Source: a virus
Taxonomy: Duplodnaviria > Caudoviricetes
IMG/VR virus record: IMGVR_UViG_3300036779_000110
Coordinates: 1 to 35,061 of that record
Direction: 5' to 3' (one strand)
Length of the DNA stretch: 35,061 nucleotides
In this document: piece by piece, positions 17,359 to 25,123 of the stretch
Layout of the letters: every line of letters begins with the position of its first letter
Numbering within the stretch: position 1 is the first letter of the stretch
Translations under genes and position numbers: made by a program
Notes under the pieces: model-generated
The model's database searches: none
Told to the model about the DNA's origin: nothing
What the model saw: only the letters and a program-made list of their open reading frames with translations

Positions 17359-17660
17359 GCCATCTCTACGTCCTCAATGACGCCCGCGAGCCCGTGCCCG
17401 AATCCGACTTGATGACCTGGGCGCGCTGGTTCGAAGACGCTGAACGCCGCTGCGTCGATCTGACCGAACTTCCGCAAGGCGGCCACGTCTCGACCATCTT
17501 CCTTGGAGTCGGCCATAGCCTCGGCAAGCCGCCACGCCTGTTCGAGACGATGGTGTTCGACCCTCTCGGGAAGGTGCTCGATCAATACCGCATGACGACA
17601 TGGCCCGAAGCCGTGGCGCAGCATGGCCGGATGGTCGAAAAGCATCGGCGGCTATTGTGA
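17355..17660 (+). CDS. Widespread phage hypothetical protein
   Basis: GGAGGG RBS; VSTIFLG..H......LFETMVF...TWPEA...H pattern. Confidence 0.75.
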   Translation: MSHLYVLNDAREPVPESDLMTWARWFEDAERRCVDLTELPQGGHVSTIFLGVGHSLGKPPRLFETMVFDPLGKVLDQYRMTTWPEAVAQHGRMVEKHRRLL

Positions 17661-17836
17661 CCATCCGCCAGGTGAAAGAGCACCCGGACCCGCTGCAACG
17701 CCTGTACGCCTTGCTTAGGGCGGCCGAAGCCCTGATCACCACCGCCGCCGATCAGCGGGAAAAGCGCAAGTACGTCCGGCGAAAACGGATGATCGAGCAT
17801 GAGATTCACCGGATCGAGCGGAAACTGACGCTATGA
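17657..17836 (+). CDS. Small helical protein (tandem paralogue 1)
   Basis: GTGA coupling; LYALL...IHRIERKLTL. Confidence 0.6.
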   Translation: MTIRQVKEHPDPLQRLYALLRAAEALITTAADQREKRKYVRRKRMIEHEIHRIERKLTL

Positions 17837-18003
17837 CCGCGCCGCTCTGGGAAATCCAGGAAATGCACGTGCTCTACGCCCTGTTGCCGTTGATGGCGAA
17901 ACTTGAGCGCGAGGGACCGGGCAACTGGCGCCAGCATTGGACGAAAGAGCAGAGTCGCGTGTGGGCGCGGATCAGGAAAATCGAACAGAAACTGACGCCA
18001 TGA
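17833..18003 (+). CDS. Small helical protein, 56 aa (tandem paralogue 2; absent from ORF track)
   Basis: ATGA coupling at both ends; MTAPLWEIQEMHVLYALL...IRKIEQKLTP. Confidence 0.6.
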   Translation: MTAPLWEIQEMHVLYALLPLMAKLEREGPGNWRQHWTKEQSRVWARIRKIEQKLTP

Positions 18004-18401
18004 CCCCGGAGCCCCCGATCTTCGTGTTCGGATCGAACCTCGCCGGACGCCACGGCAAGGGCGCGGCTTTGTGGGCGCTGCATCATCGTGGCGCCATCAC
18101 AGGCCGGGGCGAGGGCCGCCAGGGCGATAGTTACGCTATCCCGACCAAAGGCGTATTCCCGGACGGGAAGCTGTATATTTTGCCGCTGGCCACGATCCGC
18201 GTCGGCGTCAACCGTTTCCTGACCTACGCCGGGAACAACCCGAACCTGTTTTTCACCCTGACGCCGATTGGCTGCGGCCTCGCGGGCTACCAGCCTGAGC
18301 AGATCGCGCCGATGTTCGCCGAGGCGCCGGACAACGTGATCATGCCTGTCGAGTTTGAGGCGGTGTTCCACGCTCAAGGCCTGCGCCGGTTGCCTTCTTA
18401 A
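18000..18401 (+). CDS. A1S_2505-type phage protein with macrodomain-like motifs
   Basis: IFVFGSNLAGRHGKGAA...SYAIPTK...TPIGCGLAGY. Confidence 0.8.
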   Translation: MTPEPPIFVFGSNLAGRHGKGAALWALHHRGAITGRGEGRQGDSYAIPTKGVFPDGKLYILPLATIRVGVNRFLTYAGNNPNLFFTLTPIGCGLAGYQPEQIAPMFAEAPDNVIMPVEFEAVFHAQGLRRLPS

Positions 18402-18420
18402 ACGAACGGGTTGAGGGCGC
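18389..18420 (+). promoter_or_regulatory. Putative late promoter motif (beta-helix gene)
   Basis: GTTGCCTTCTTAAACGAACGGGTTGAGGGCGC, ending 5 nt before ATG 18426. Confidence 0.65.
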
Positions 18421-18425
18421 GGCGC

Positions 18426-19589
18426 ATGGCCAGCCTGATCCTGCCCGAACCGACCTCAGACGCCCTCTGGACCGCTTGCAATGAGGCCAGCCCCGGCGAC
18501 GTGATCCAATGTCCGAGCGGCGACTACGGCGTTTGCAGCGTGCCCGCCGGGGTGCTGCACGCCGCCCCGTTCGTGACCATCGAACCGGCCGAGGGCGCCG
18601 ACCCGATCATCAGCGGGTTCAGCATCAGCGGCCAGGAAGCGGCGCCGACCGGCGGCTATATCATCCTTGGCTTCGACATCCGCATGACCCCGGCCGCGCA
18701 ATACGGCGTGTCGATGGGGTGGGCGCAGGACGTGACCCTGCGTTACAACAAGGTGCACCAAGCTGAAGACGGAACGCCGCTCGGAACCGGCGTCTGGATT
18801 CGCAATTCGAAAGGCGTGCACGTCTACCGTAATGAGGTTTGTTGGGTCGGCGACGGTATCGACGGCCAAGCCGACCGCCAAGGAACCTGTGACGGCGTCG
18901 AGATAAAGGACAACGACCTTCACGACATCGGCGCGAACTTCATGTTCTTCAGCGGTCTGAGTCACCTGTTGGTGCAATTCAACTACGGGACCAACGCCCG
19001 CGTGATCGAAGGCGTGCACCCGGATTTCTGCCAGATCGCCAACAGCGGCGCCTCGATTTCGGAAGACATCGACATCCTCGAAAACGAATATGAACGCGGC
19101 GAGGGCGGCGCCTCACAGGGGATTTTCGTCGGCGACGGGCGCCGTATCCGGGTGTTGCGCAACGCGATCCGGGGGGCGCAGACCAACGGCGTCAACCTCG
19201 CCCGCACGGTCGATTTTGAGGTCCGCGAGAACTTCGTGCAGCCCTACGCCGATATCGGCTCTTCGATCATCGTGCGCCAGGAGGCGACGAACGGCGCGCT
19301 GATCGACAATTCGGCCTTTGTCTCGGTTGGCGTGCCGGGCGAACCGCAGCCGGTGAACATCGAACAACGCGGCAACGTCGAAGTCCCGCCCGCCACCGGC
19401 CCGGACGACACTCAGGCTTATGACGCATGGCGGGCGTCGCTGGAGCCGGTCCCGCCGCAACCCGAGCCCGGCCCGTGCGACGCCGAGAAAGCGCAGATCG
19501 CCGAACTTCAGGCTCAGGTCGCCGCGCTTGAAGACGAAGTCGCGATCCTTAGCGGCAAGATCGAAGACGCGCAGGCCGCGCTCGCCTAA
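18426..19589 (+). CDS. Right-handed parallel beta-helix protein with Pro linker and C-terminal coiled coil
   Basis: ASPGDVIQCPSGDY cap, repeated beta-helix rungs (VTLRYNKV, VHVYRNEV, VEIKDNDL, IRVLRNAI), HPDFCQ motif, heptad tail IAELQAQVAALEDEVAIL. Confidence 0.85.
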   Translation: MASLILPEPTSDALWTACNEASPGDVIQCPSGDYGVCSVPAGVLHAAPFVTIEPAEGADPIISGFSISGQEAAPTGGYIILGFDIRMTPAAQYGVSMGWAQDVTLRYNKVHQAEDGTPLGTGVWIRNSKGVHVYRNEVCWVGDGIDGQADRQGTCDGVEIKDNDLHDIGANFMFFSGLSHLLVQFNYGTNARVIEGVHPDFCQIANSGASISEDIDILENEYERGEGGASQGIFVGDGRRIRVLRNAIRGAQTNGVNLARTVDFEVRENFVQPYADIGSSIIVRQEATNGALIDNSAFVSVGVPGEPQPVNIEQRGNVEVPPATGPDDTQAYDAWRASLEPVPPQPEPGPCDAEKAQIAELQAQVAALEDEVAILSGKIEDAQAALA

Positions 19590-19765
19590 TGCAGCCGCAG
19601 CGCCGGTAAACCGACATACTGCAACAGGATCAAGATGGCGATCAGCGCCACCACCACCACGACCACCATACGAATCGGCGACGGCAGGTTGAGTTGCTGG
19701 AGCGCCCACCAGACAATGGCGATGATCAGCACCACCACCAGCAGGCTGATCAGCAGGCTAATCAT
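19586..19765 (-). CDS. Small two-TM membrane protein, 59 aa (Thivi_2564-like; absent from ORF track)
   Basis: MISLLISLLVVVLIIAIVWWALQQLNLPSPIRMVVVVVVALIAILILLQYVGLPALRLH. Confidence 0.75.
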   Translation of the reverse strand: MISLLISLLVVVLIIAIVWWALQQLNLPSPIRMVVVVVVALIAILILLQYVGLPALRLH

Positions 19766-19922
19766 GGCCTTCGTCTCCGTTCGCCGCTCGCGCGTTTTCC
19801 AGGACCGGTTGCGCGCATTCGCGGCACTCGCGCGGGGCGCCCGGTTCGTCGCCGTCGATCACCCAAAAACAGGTCATGCAGCGGTAGCCGGTATCCGCCT
19901 CTTTCACCATCAGCTCGCTCAT
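19758..19922 (-). CDS. Zinc-ribbon microprotein, 54 aa (absent from ORF track)
   Basis: ATGA-coupled; MSELMVKEADTGYRCMTCFWVIDGDEPGAPRECRECAQ... with two CxxC pairs. Confidence 0.65.
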   Translation of the reverse strand: MSELMVKEADTGYRCMTCFWVIDGDEPGAPRECRECAQPVLENARAANGDEGHD

Positions 19923-20155
19923 CCGCCCAACTCATCGTCTTCAGGAAGGGTGTAGCGCCCGAGCGCCCGGCGCAGGGCGTCGGCGCCACAGGTACAAGGA
20001 TGCGTGTCGCCCATGGTCTTCTCGCACGCGGTCATGTGATCCGGGGCGCCGGTCTGGTTGAACAGCAGGGTCAGCAGCCGCCCCCGCAGCTTGGCCAAGC
20101 GGGCTTCGGCGTCGAGGTAACGGGTGGTCGCGGTGCGCAACGCGCGGGTGTTCAT
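19919..20155 (-). CDS. Hypothetical protein (H-x3-C...CxC)
   Basis: ATGA-coupled on both sides. Confidence 0.6.
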   Translation of the reverse strand: MNTRALRTATTRYLDAEARLAKLRGRLLTLLFNQTGAPDHMTACEKTMGDTHPCTCGADALRRALGRYTLPEDDELGG

Positions 20156-20403
20156 CGGGCCGCCCCCGGATTGACGACCGGGACCGCCGGATTTTCGCTG
20201 ACATCGGCCCGGCCCCAGCGCAGCACCGTGCGGCCAAGCGGGGTCAGGGCGTCATGGCCGGTCGGCAGGCGATGCGTCCAGCCGAGCCGTTCGCAATCGG
20301 CGGCGACCACCCCGGCCCGGCGCTTGCGCGGCCACAGGTCCAATTGTTCGAGCCAGCGGCGGCGATTGGCGGTCAGGTCGCGATAGATGATGCGGTCGTT
20401 CAT
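20152..20403 (-). CDS. Hypothetical winged-helix-like protein
   Basis: CERLGWT.......LTPLGRTVL; directly follows the scaffold gene. Confidence 0.6.
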   Translation of the reverse strand: MNDRIIYRDLTANRRRWLEQLDLWPRKRRAGVVAADCERLGWTHRLPTGHDALTPLGRTVLRWGRADVSENPAVPVVNPGAAR

Positions 20404-20412
20404 CGCCGGTCC

Positions 20413-21300
20413 CTATCCGCGACCACGGGCCTTCTCACGCTCGCGCAGTTTCGCCCACGCCTTGTCGCGGGCGGCGCCGTCGAGTTTCGCCACGTCGCCC
20501 CAGGTCAGCGAACCGCCCGCCTGCCGGGCGACCGGCCGGGTTCCGGTGGCCGCCGCCGCGCCGAGCTTGTCGAGCGCCTTGTCGGCGGCCCGCATGCCCG
20601 GTTTGAACCCCCGCCGCCCGGCCAGGGTGTAGACCCGTTCAGCGGGGTCCTGGCCGCTCTCCAGCGCCATCCTGACGACGCCGAACAGGTCGTCGGCGAG
20701 CTTGCGGTCCAGGTGCACGCCGCCATAGCCCGCTTCACGCAGTTCGTCGGTGCGCGCCTGCCGGTAATATTTCGCCGCGTCGTAATAGTCGGCGTGTTCG
20801 GCCGCGAAATCCTCTTCCGACTCGATCATCGCGCCGCGCAGCTTGTTGACCTCGCGCTCGATCGCCGCCTGCTGTTGGGTTTGGCCATGCGCTTGAACCT
20901 CGCGGTCGCGATACAGCTTCAGCGCCCGCTTCAAGGTGGCGATATCGCCGACCGGATCGTCTTCCGTGTCGGGAAGCTGGCCGATCAGGGCGAGCAGTTC
21001 ATCCTCGTTCGTCCGGCCGCCCGTGCGCCGCTCGATATCGGCGATGCGCTGTTCGAGTTCGGCCGATCGCGCCTCGGCGGCGAGCCGCTTCGCCTTCTCC
21101 CGGCGCACCTGTCCGGCGTGCTGCGTGCGTTTCGCCTGTTCGGCCGCCTCGCGCGCTTTCGTCGCTTTCTCTTCGACATCGTCCTCGCCGCCGTCATCCT
21201 GCTGCGCGCCAGCATCGTCCTGGCTGGTTTCAGCGTCCTGTTCGTCCAGCCCTACGTCCGACTCTAGAGGTTCGCCGTCGCCTTCGCGTTCACCGCTCAT
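20413..21300 (-). CDS. Probable scaffolding protein
   Basis: Acidic N-terminus, long charged coiled coil, DPAERVYTLA and a basic C-terminal helix; located between portal and capsid. Confidence 0.75.
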   Translation of the reverse strand: MSGEREGDGEPLESDVGLDEQDAETSQDDAGAQQDDGGEDDVEEKATKAREAAEQAKRTQHAGQVRREKAKRLAAEARSAELEQRIADIERRTGGRTNEDELLALIGQLPDTEDDPVGDIATLKRALKLYRDREVQAHGQTQQQAAIEREVNKLRGAMIESEEDFAAEHADYYDAAKYYRQARTDELREAGYGGVHLDRKLADDLFGVVRMALESGQDPAERVYTLAGRRGFKPGMRAADKALDKLGAAAATGTRPVARQAGGSLTWGDVAKLDGAARDKAWAKLREREKARGRG

Positions 21301-21349
21301 GAATCACCTGTTCACTATCCACACCTGACGCTGATGACGCAGCGTGCGG

Positions 21350-21547
21350 TCACATTTTGCCTCTGAGGATCGAAACCGCCGCCCGAAGCTCCCGAGTCCG
21401 CTCGATGCACACGTCCTTCGCCTGCCGCGCGCCGCGCGCCTTGTCGGACTCGGACGGCCATTTCTCAAGCTGCCGGTCCAGCCGCCGTTCATAGGTCGCG
21501 AGGGCGGAAATCTCCCGTTCGAGCACCATGATCGCGCCGCTAGCCAT
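21350..21547 (-). CDS. Small helical hypothetical protein
   Basis: ATG 21547 is preceded by GGAG inside the repeat element. Confidence 0.55.
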   Translation of the reverse strand: MASGAIMVLEREISALATYERRLDRQLEKWPSESDKARGARQAKDVCIERTRELRAAVSILRGKM

Positions 21548-21601
21548 AGCGAGGCTCCATCGGAGCCGAGCGGCTGGCAGGCGACGAGCCAACAAGGCGA
21601 G
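21545..21601. repeat. CATAGCGA-hairpin-GAGC element, copy 1
   Basis: CATAGCGA ggctcc-atc-ggagcc GAGC ... CGAGCCAACAAGGCGAG; related copies at 31572 and 31657. Confidence 0.65.
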
Positions 21602-21606
21602 GAGAC

Positions 21607-23841
21607 CTAAGCACGGGGCGGCCCTCCCGTTTGCGGCGGTCCGCCTGGCGGGACCGATTGCGGCCTTAAGCCCGGCGCGACCGGCGCCCCGGTCGGGCGC
21701 ACGCCCGGTCCGCCAGCAGGCAGGGCAGGCCCGCCCCCGCCCGGTGCAGCGGGAGCGGGACCGCCCGGACCCGGCGCGCCCTGCGCGGCAGGAGAACCGG
21801 GCGCGGGCGCGGGCGGGCCAGGGGGGGTGGTGACGTGCATGAAATCGACGCCGAGGCCGATGTGCTGCGCATGGGCGTCCGTCACCGACTTGAACGCCTT
21901 CGCCTGTTTCTCCTGCGCGCTGGCTTTCTTATTAGCGGTATCGGCCTGCGTGTTCTCGATCTCGCTCTGCTGCTTGGCGACGACCGCCGGATTCGGGGTC
22001 TGCATCACCTGGACCTGCTGCGTGATCGCCTGCGCCAACTGCTGCGCGACCGAGGCCGGGATATCGAGGTACTGCACAAGGTTGGCCAGGACATTGGGAC
22101 TAATAAGCTGCGCCTGCAAAAGCTGCGTGACCAGCGGCATCAGCACCGCCGCGACGCGGGCCTTGGTGTTGGGCGCGGCGGGCGCCTCATCGACCACCAC
22201 ATCATACTCGTCCGATTGCATGCCCATGGCCAACGGCACATATTGTTGCTCGCCTTCGAGCACGATCCTGACCATGAAATCATCCGGCAGGTAGAGCCGC
22301 ATCATGGTCAGCAACAGCTTGCCCTGATTGCGCTGGTAACGGCGCTTTGCGTCAAAAAAGCTGGACAGGATTCCGTAAGCGGCTTGCTTGCGCTGTTGTT
22401 CGAGCACCCCGGCCTGTTCGCGGCCGACCAGTCCCAAAATCTCTTCGTTCACGCCGGTACAGGCTTGCACCATGTCCTTGGCGAACGACATCAACTGGAA
22501 CAACGCCGGTTGCACCTGCGGCGGGGATTTCGGCTGCATCTTGGCGCCGTGGGCGCCGGACAAGGCCCCGCTCTTGACCCATGTCACCTTCTGCGTATTG
22601 GCCCAACTGGTCTCGAACTGGCGGATGTCGCTGACCGCATCCTCTTCGAGAGTCATGCCGCCCGAAGCGTTGGTGCGCACGATGTGCAGGACTTCACTGA
22701 ACAGCTTGTTGACGAACTTGTTCGGTTCGACCATCGGCTTCACCAAGCCGTAGTAGGTGCCCTTGTTGCGGTCCCTCTTCGCGGTAATCGCCTTGTAACG
22801 GAAATCCTGTTCCGGCATGGTTTCCTTGAACAGGATTTGGCCATCGCCCTCGAACGCGCGGTAATAGGTCCTGCGGGTGGAGGGGACCGACCTCAACGCC
22901 GGGTTGGTCTTCTTCGCGTCGGCGAACTCCTGATCCGACAGCGGCGTCAGCTTGGTGACGGTCGGATCGGTCGGATGTGGCATCGCCGCGACCTTGATCG
23001 TCTCGCGCACCCACCACTGCCATTCGCACACGATGACCTCGGTGTCTTCGCCCTCGCCGAGCAGGCCATGGGTATAGCGCTGGCGCGGATTGACGACGGT
23101 CAGGCGCTTGCCGGACGAGTCCTGGCCGTCCAGATCGCCTTCCTCCAAGTCGGGCCTATTGATCTCTTCCTTGAAATCCTCGAACTCGTCGCGCGTCATC
23201 GGGATTTCGCGCTTCAGATAGCGCTTGTCCTCGAAACAGCGCTTTCGACTCGCGGGGTCTGCCTTGATCTGCAAGGGATCGACCCGTTCCTTGACGATCG
23301 AGGCGACCGATCCCTCGACCTCGACCCGCGTTTCGGTCCAGCCGACGCCGCAGGTCAGGGCGTCCAGAAAAGCTTCCGTGTCTTCCTGATCGCCGTTGCA
23401 CTGATCGACTACATAGTTGGCGCCCTGCGTCAGCACGTCGGCGATCCCGGTGCTCTGAAGCGATGTGTTGCGCGGATAGTATTGGACCTGTTGCCGGTCC
23501 TGGATTTCGGCGCCGTTGACGGCGTCGATCGCCGGTTCGGTGAGGTTGAACGTCACCGGAATCTTGGAGTTTTCCTCCATCCGCTGCGTCTCGATCTCGG
23601 TCCACTGCGTCCCGGCCCTGAAGTCGTACCAGCCGCGCGCTTCCTCGATCCACTGGCTCCAATGCGCGGTGAGGGCCATGTCCCAGCGGTCGAACATCGC
23701 CAACAGGTCGTCATCATCGAGCTTGGAGGCCGGGTCCTTCGATGTGCGGCCAGGTGGATTGTCTTGCGGGACGCTGAGCGCCTGCGGCCCGTCGAACTGC
23801 GGCCCGCGCTTGCCGCCCGCAACGAGAGGAACGTCGCTCAT
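21607..23841 (-). CDS. Portal protein (P22-like) with Pro/Gly-rich C-terminal tail
   Basis: FRAGTQW...PVTFNLTEPAIDAVNGAE, AFLDALTCGVGW, YYGLVKPM..PNKFVNK, YDVVVDEAP. Confidence 0.92.
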   Translation of the reverse strand: MSDVPLVAGGKRGPQFDGPQALSVPQDNPPGRTSKDPASKLDDDDLLAMFDRWDMALTAHWSQWIEEARGWYDFRAGTQWTEIETQRMEENSKIPVTFNLTEPAIDAVNGAEIQDRQQVQYYPRNTSLQSTGIADVLTQGANYVVDQCNGDQEDTEAFLDALTCGVGWTETRVEVEGSVASIVKERVDPLQIKADPASRKRCFEDKRYLKREIPMTRDEFEDFKEEINRPDLEEGDLDGQDSSGKRLTVVNPRQRYTHGLLGEGEDTEVIVCEWQWWVRETIKVAAMPHPTDPTVTKLTPLSDQEFADAKKTNPALRSVPSTRRTYYRAFEGDGQILFKETMPEQDFRYKAITAKRDRNKGTYYGLVKPMVEPNKFVNKLFSEVLHIVRTNASGGMTLEEDAVSDIRQFETSWANTQKVTWVKSGALSGAHGAKMQPKSPPQVQPALFQLMSFAKDMVQACTGVNEEILGLVGREQAGVLEQQRKQAAYGILSSFFDAKRRYQRNQGKLLLTMMRLYLPDDFMVRIVLEGEQQYVPLAMGMQSDEYDVVVDEAPAAPNTKARVAAVLMPLVTQLLQAQLISPNVLANLVQYLDIPASVAQQLAQAITQQVQVMQTPNPAVVAKQQSEIENTQADTANKKASAQEKQAKAFKSVTDAHAQHIGLGVDFMHVTTPPGPPAPAPGSPAAQGAPGPGGPAPAAPGGGGPALPAGGPGVRPTGAPVAPGLRPQSVPPGGPPQTGGPPRA

Positions 23842-23854
23842 GGGCGCACGCTCC

Positions 23855-24175
23855 TCACTGGAGCGTCACGCCCGCCTGTTCGCGGGCGATGCGGACACAG
23901 GCCGCCTTGAAATCATCGAACGCCGCCCGGCCGTCCGCCGGGCAGAAATCCCGAAGCCACGTCATCGGCGCGACGCAAACAAGCTGTTCGGGATAGGGGA
24001 CCGGGACCGGCAGGCCGGGCATATCCGCCAGCCAGCGGCCTTTGCCCGCCGCCATCGCGTCGAGCAGGCCCTTGCCGTCAACCTGCGCCCACACTTCGCC
24101 CTCGGCCGTGTCGGCGATAATCACGCGCGGATAGTCATCGGTCTGGCAAACCATCACGGCGTAGCGGCCCGTCAT
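23855..24175 (-). CDS. Hypothetical protein
   Basis: 106-aa ORF packed between the His-rich gene and the portal. Confidence 0.65.
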   Translation of the reverse strand: MTGRYAVMVCQTDDYPRVIIADTAEGEVWAQVDGKGLLDAMAAGKGRWLADMPGLPVPVPYPEQLVCVAPMTWLRDFCPADGRAAFDDFKAACVRIAREQAGVTLQ

Positions 24176-24176
24176 G

Positions 24177-24734
24177 TTACAGGCCGGTTTTGGCCGGTTC
24201 AGGCTTTGGCCCTGACGCTTGCGGCGCCGAAACGCCGGGAGCCGCCTTGTCGAGATCGGCGACCGCCGCCGTCACCGCGTCCGGGTCGTTCGCCTCGACC
24301 TGCGCCGCCGTCAGCCCGAGCGACAAGCCGTCAACGGTCAGCTTCAGGCCATGGATCGGGTTGCTGACGATCTCGAACGCCCAGCTTCGGCCAAGGCTGT
24401 CGACCACGCCGACCGGCTGCTGCGTCGCCCACGCCTCACGGGCGCCGTCGACCACCGCCGCCTTATCCTTGCCGGACAGGGGCTTCTGTTTTTCCTCATG
24501 CGCTACCGCTTCGCTGCCCCCGCGCGAGTCATGCGCGCCCGCGTGTTCGCCGTGAAGGCCATGCTCGGCGCGCTTGTGCGGGTCGTCCTCGCTGTTGCGC
24601 TCGGCGACCTTTTCGGCGTGGGTCTTGGACTCTTCATGCGCTACCGCTTCGCTACTTGAGCGCTTGTCGTCATCCGCGCGCTGGTGGCGGTGTTCGTCCC
24701 GATCCTTGGACGGGTCATAGGGGGATTTGGTCAT
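24177..24734 (-). CDS. His/charge-rich protein with duplicated SEAVAHEE
   Basis: ATG 24734 with GAGGAG RBS directly below a late motif. The longer 408-aa ORF call runs through the non-coding region. Confidence 0.7.
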   Translation of the reverse strand: MTKSPYDPSKDRDEHRHQRADDDKRSSSEAVAHEESKTHAEKVAERNSEDDPHKRAEHGLHGEHAGAHDSRGGSEAVAHEEKQKPLSGKDKAAVVDGAREAWATQQPVGVVDSLGRSWAFEIVSNPIHGLKLTVDGLSLGLTAAQVEANDPDAVTAAVADLDKAAPGVSAPQASGPKPEPAKTGL

Positions 24735-24757
24735 GACACAGGGCTCCTCGCCTTTCG

Positions 24758-24789
24758 GCCCGGTCAATGCGTTCGTTTCCGCGCGCAAG
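24758..24789 (-). promoter_or_regulatory. Putative late promoter motif (portal-scaffold unit)
   Basis: CTTGCGCGCGGAAACGAACGCATTGACCGGGC. Confidence 0.75.
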
Positions 24790-24911
24790 GGCGCTCGCGT
24801 GTGAGGAATCGCGGCGGCGGATTTTTCGGGCCGCCGGTGGTCAGTTGACCTGTCATTAATCGCACGCGGGGTCACAGGGTCCAGCGCGCGGATGGTGGTG
24901 TGAGATTCATG

Positions 24912-24978
24912 CCCCCCACCCCCACCCTCCCGAAGAGAGCCTAGGGGGGTGGTGGGGGTTGGTTTTTCGAGGGGGGGG
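24912..24978. repeat. C-tract/G-tract imperfect inverted repeat with G-quadruplex motif
   Basis: Minus strand 24931-24912 reads GGGAGGGTGGGGGTGGGGGG; the plus strand has G6, G5 and G8 runs. Confidence 0.7.
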
Positions 24979-25035
24979 CGCAGGGCGGGCTTGCCATCGG
25001 CGCGCAGGCTAAGACACTGGCCATGGGCGCGGCGC

Positions 25036-25123
25036 GCCTGTGGTGAAAGCCTGTGGTGAACCGGCCGGAACGCCGGAAAGCCCAATGGAATCAACGCTGA
25101 CCTTTCCCCTATAGATGGGAAGG
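25036..25123. repeat. Diverged inverted copy of the right part of the attP region (4337-4422)
   Basis: Tandem GCCTGTGGTGAA x2, then AACGCCG, AAAG.CCA, TCAACG, ACCTT.CCCCT and GATGGG, colinear with the reverse complement of 4337-4422. Confidence 0.55.

Noticed and set aside
19762-19989. 75-aa minus-strand ORF from the track
   Set aside because: Arg-rich and overlapping 19919-20155. The ATGA-coupled CxxC-CxxC frame (19758-19922) is more plausible.
21835-23910. 691-aa plus-strand ORF, and similar long antisense ORFs at 3259, 6610, 13441, 15785, 20254 and 33476
   Set aside because: Shadow frames of well-supported minus-strand genes in GC-rich DNA, with no recognisable motifs.
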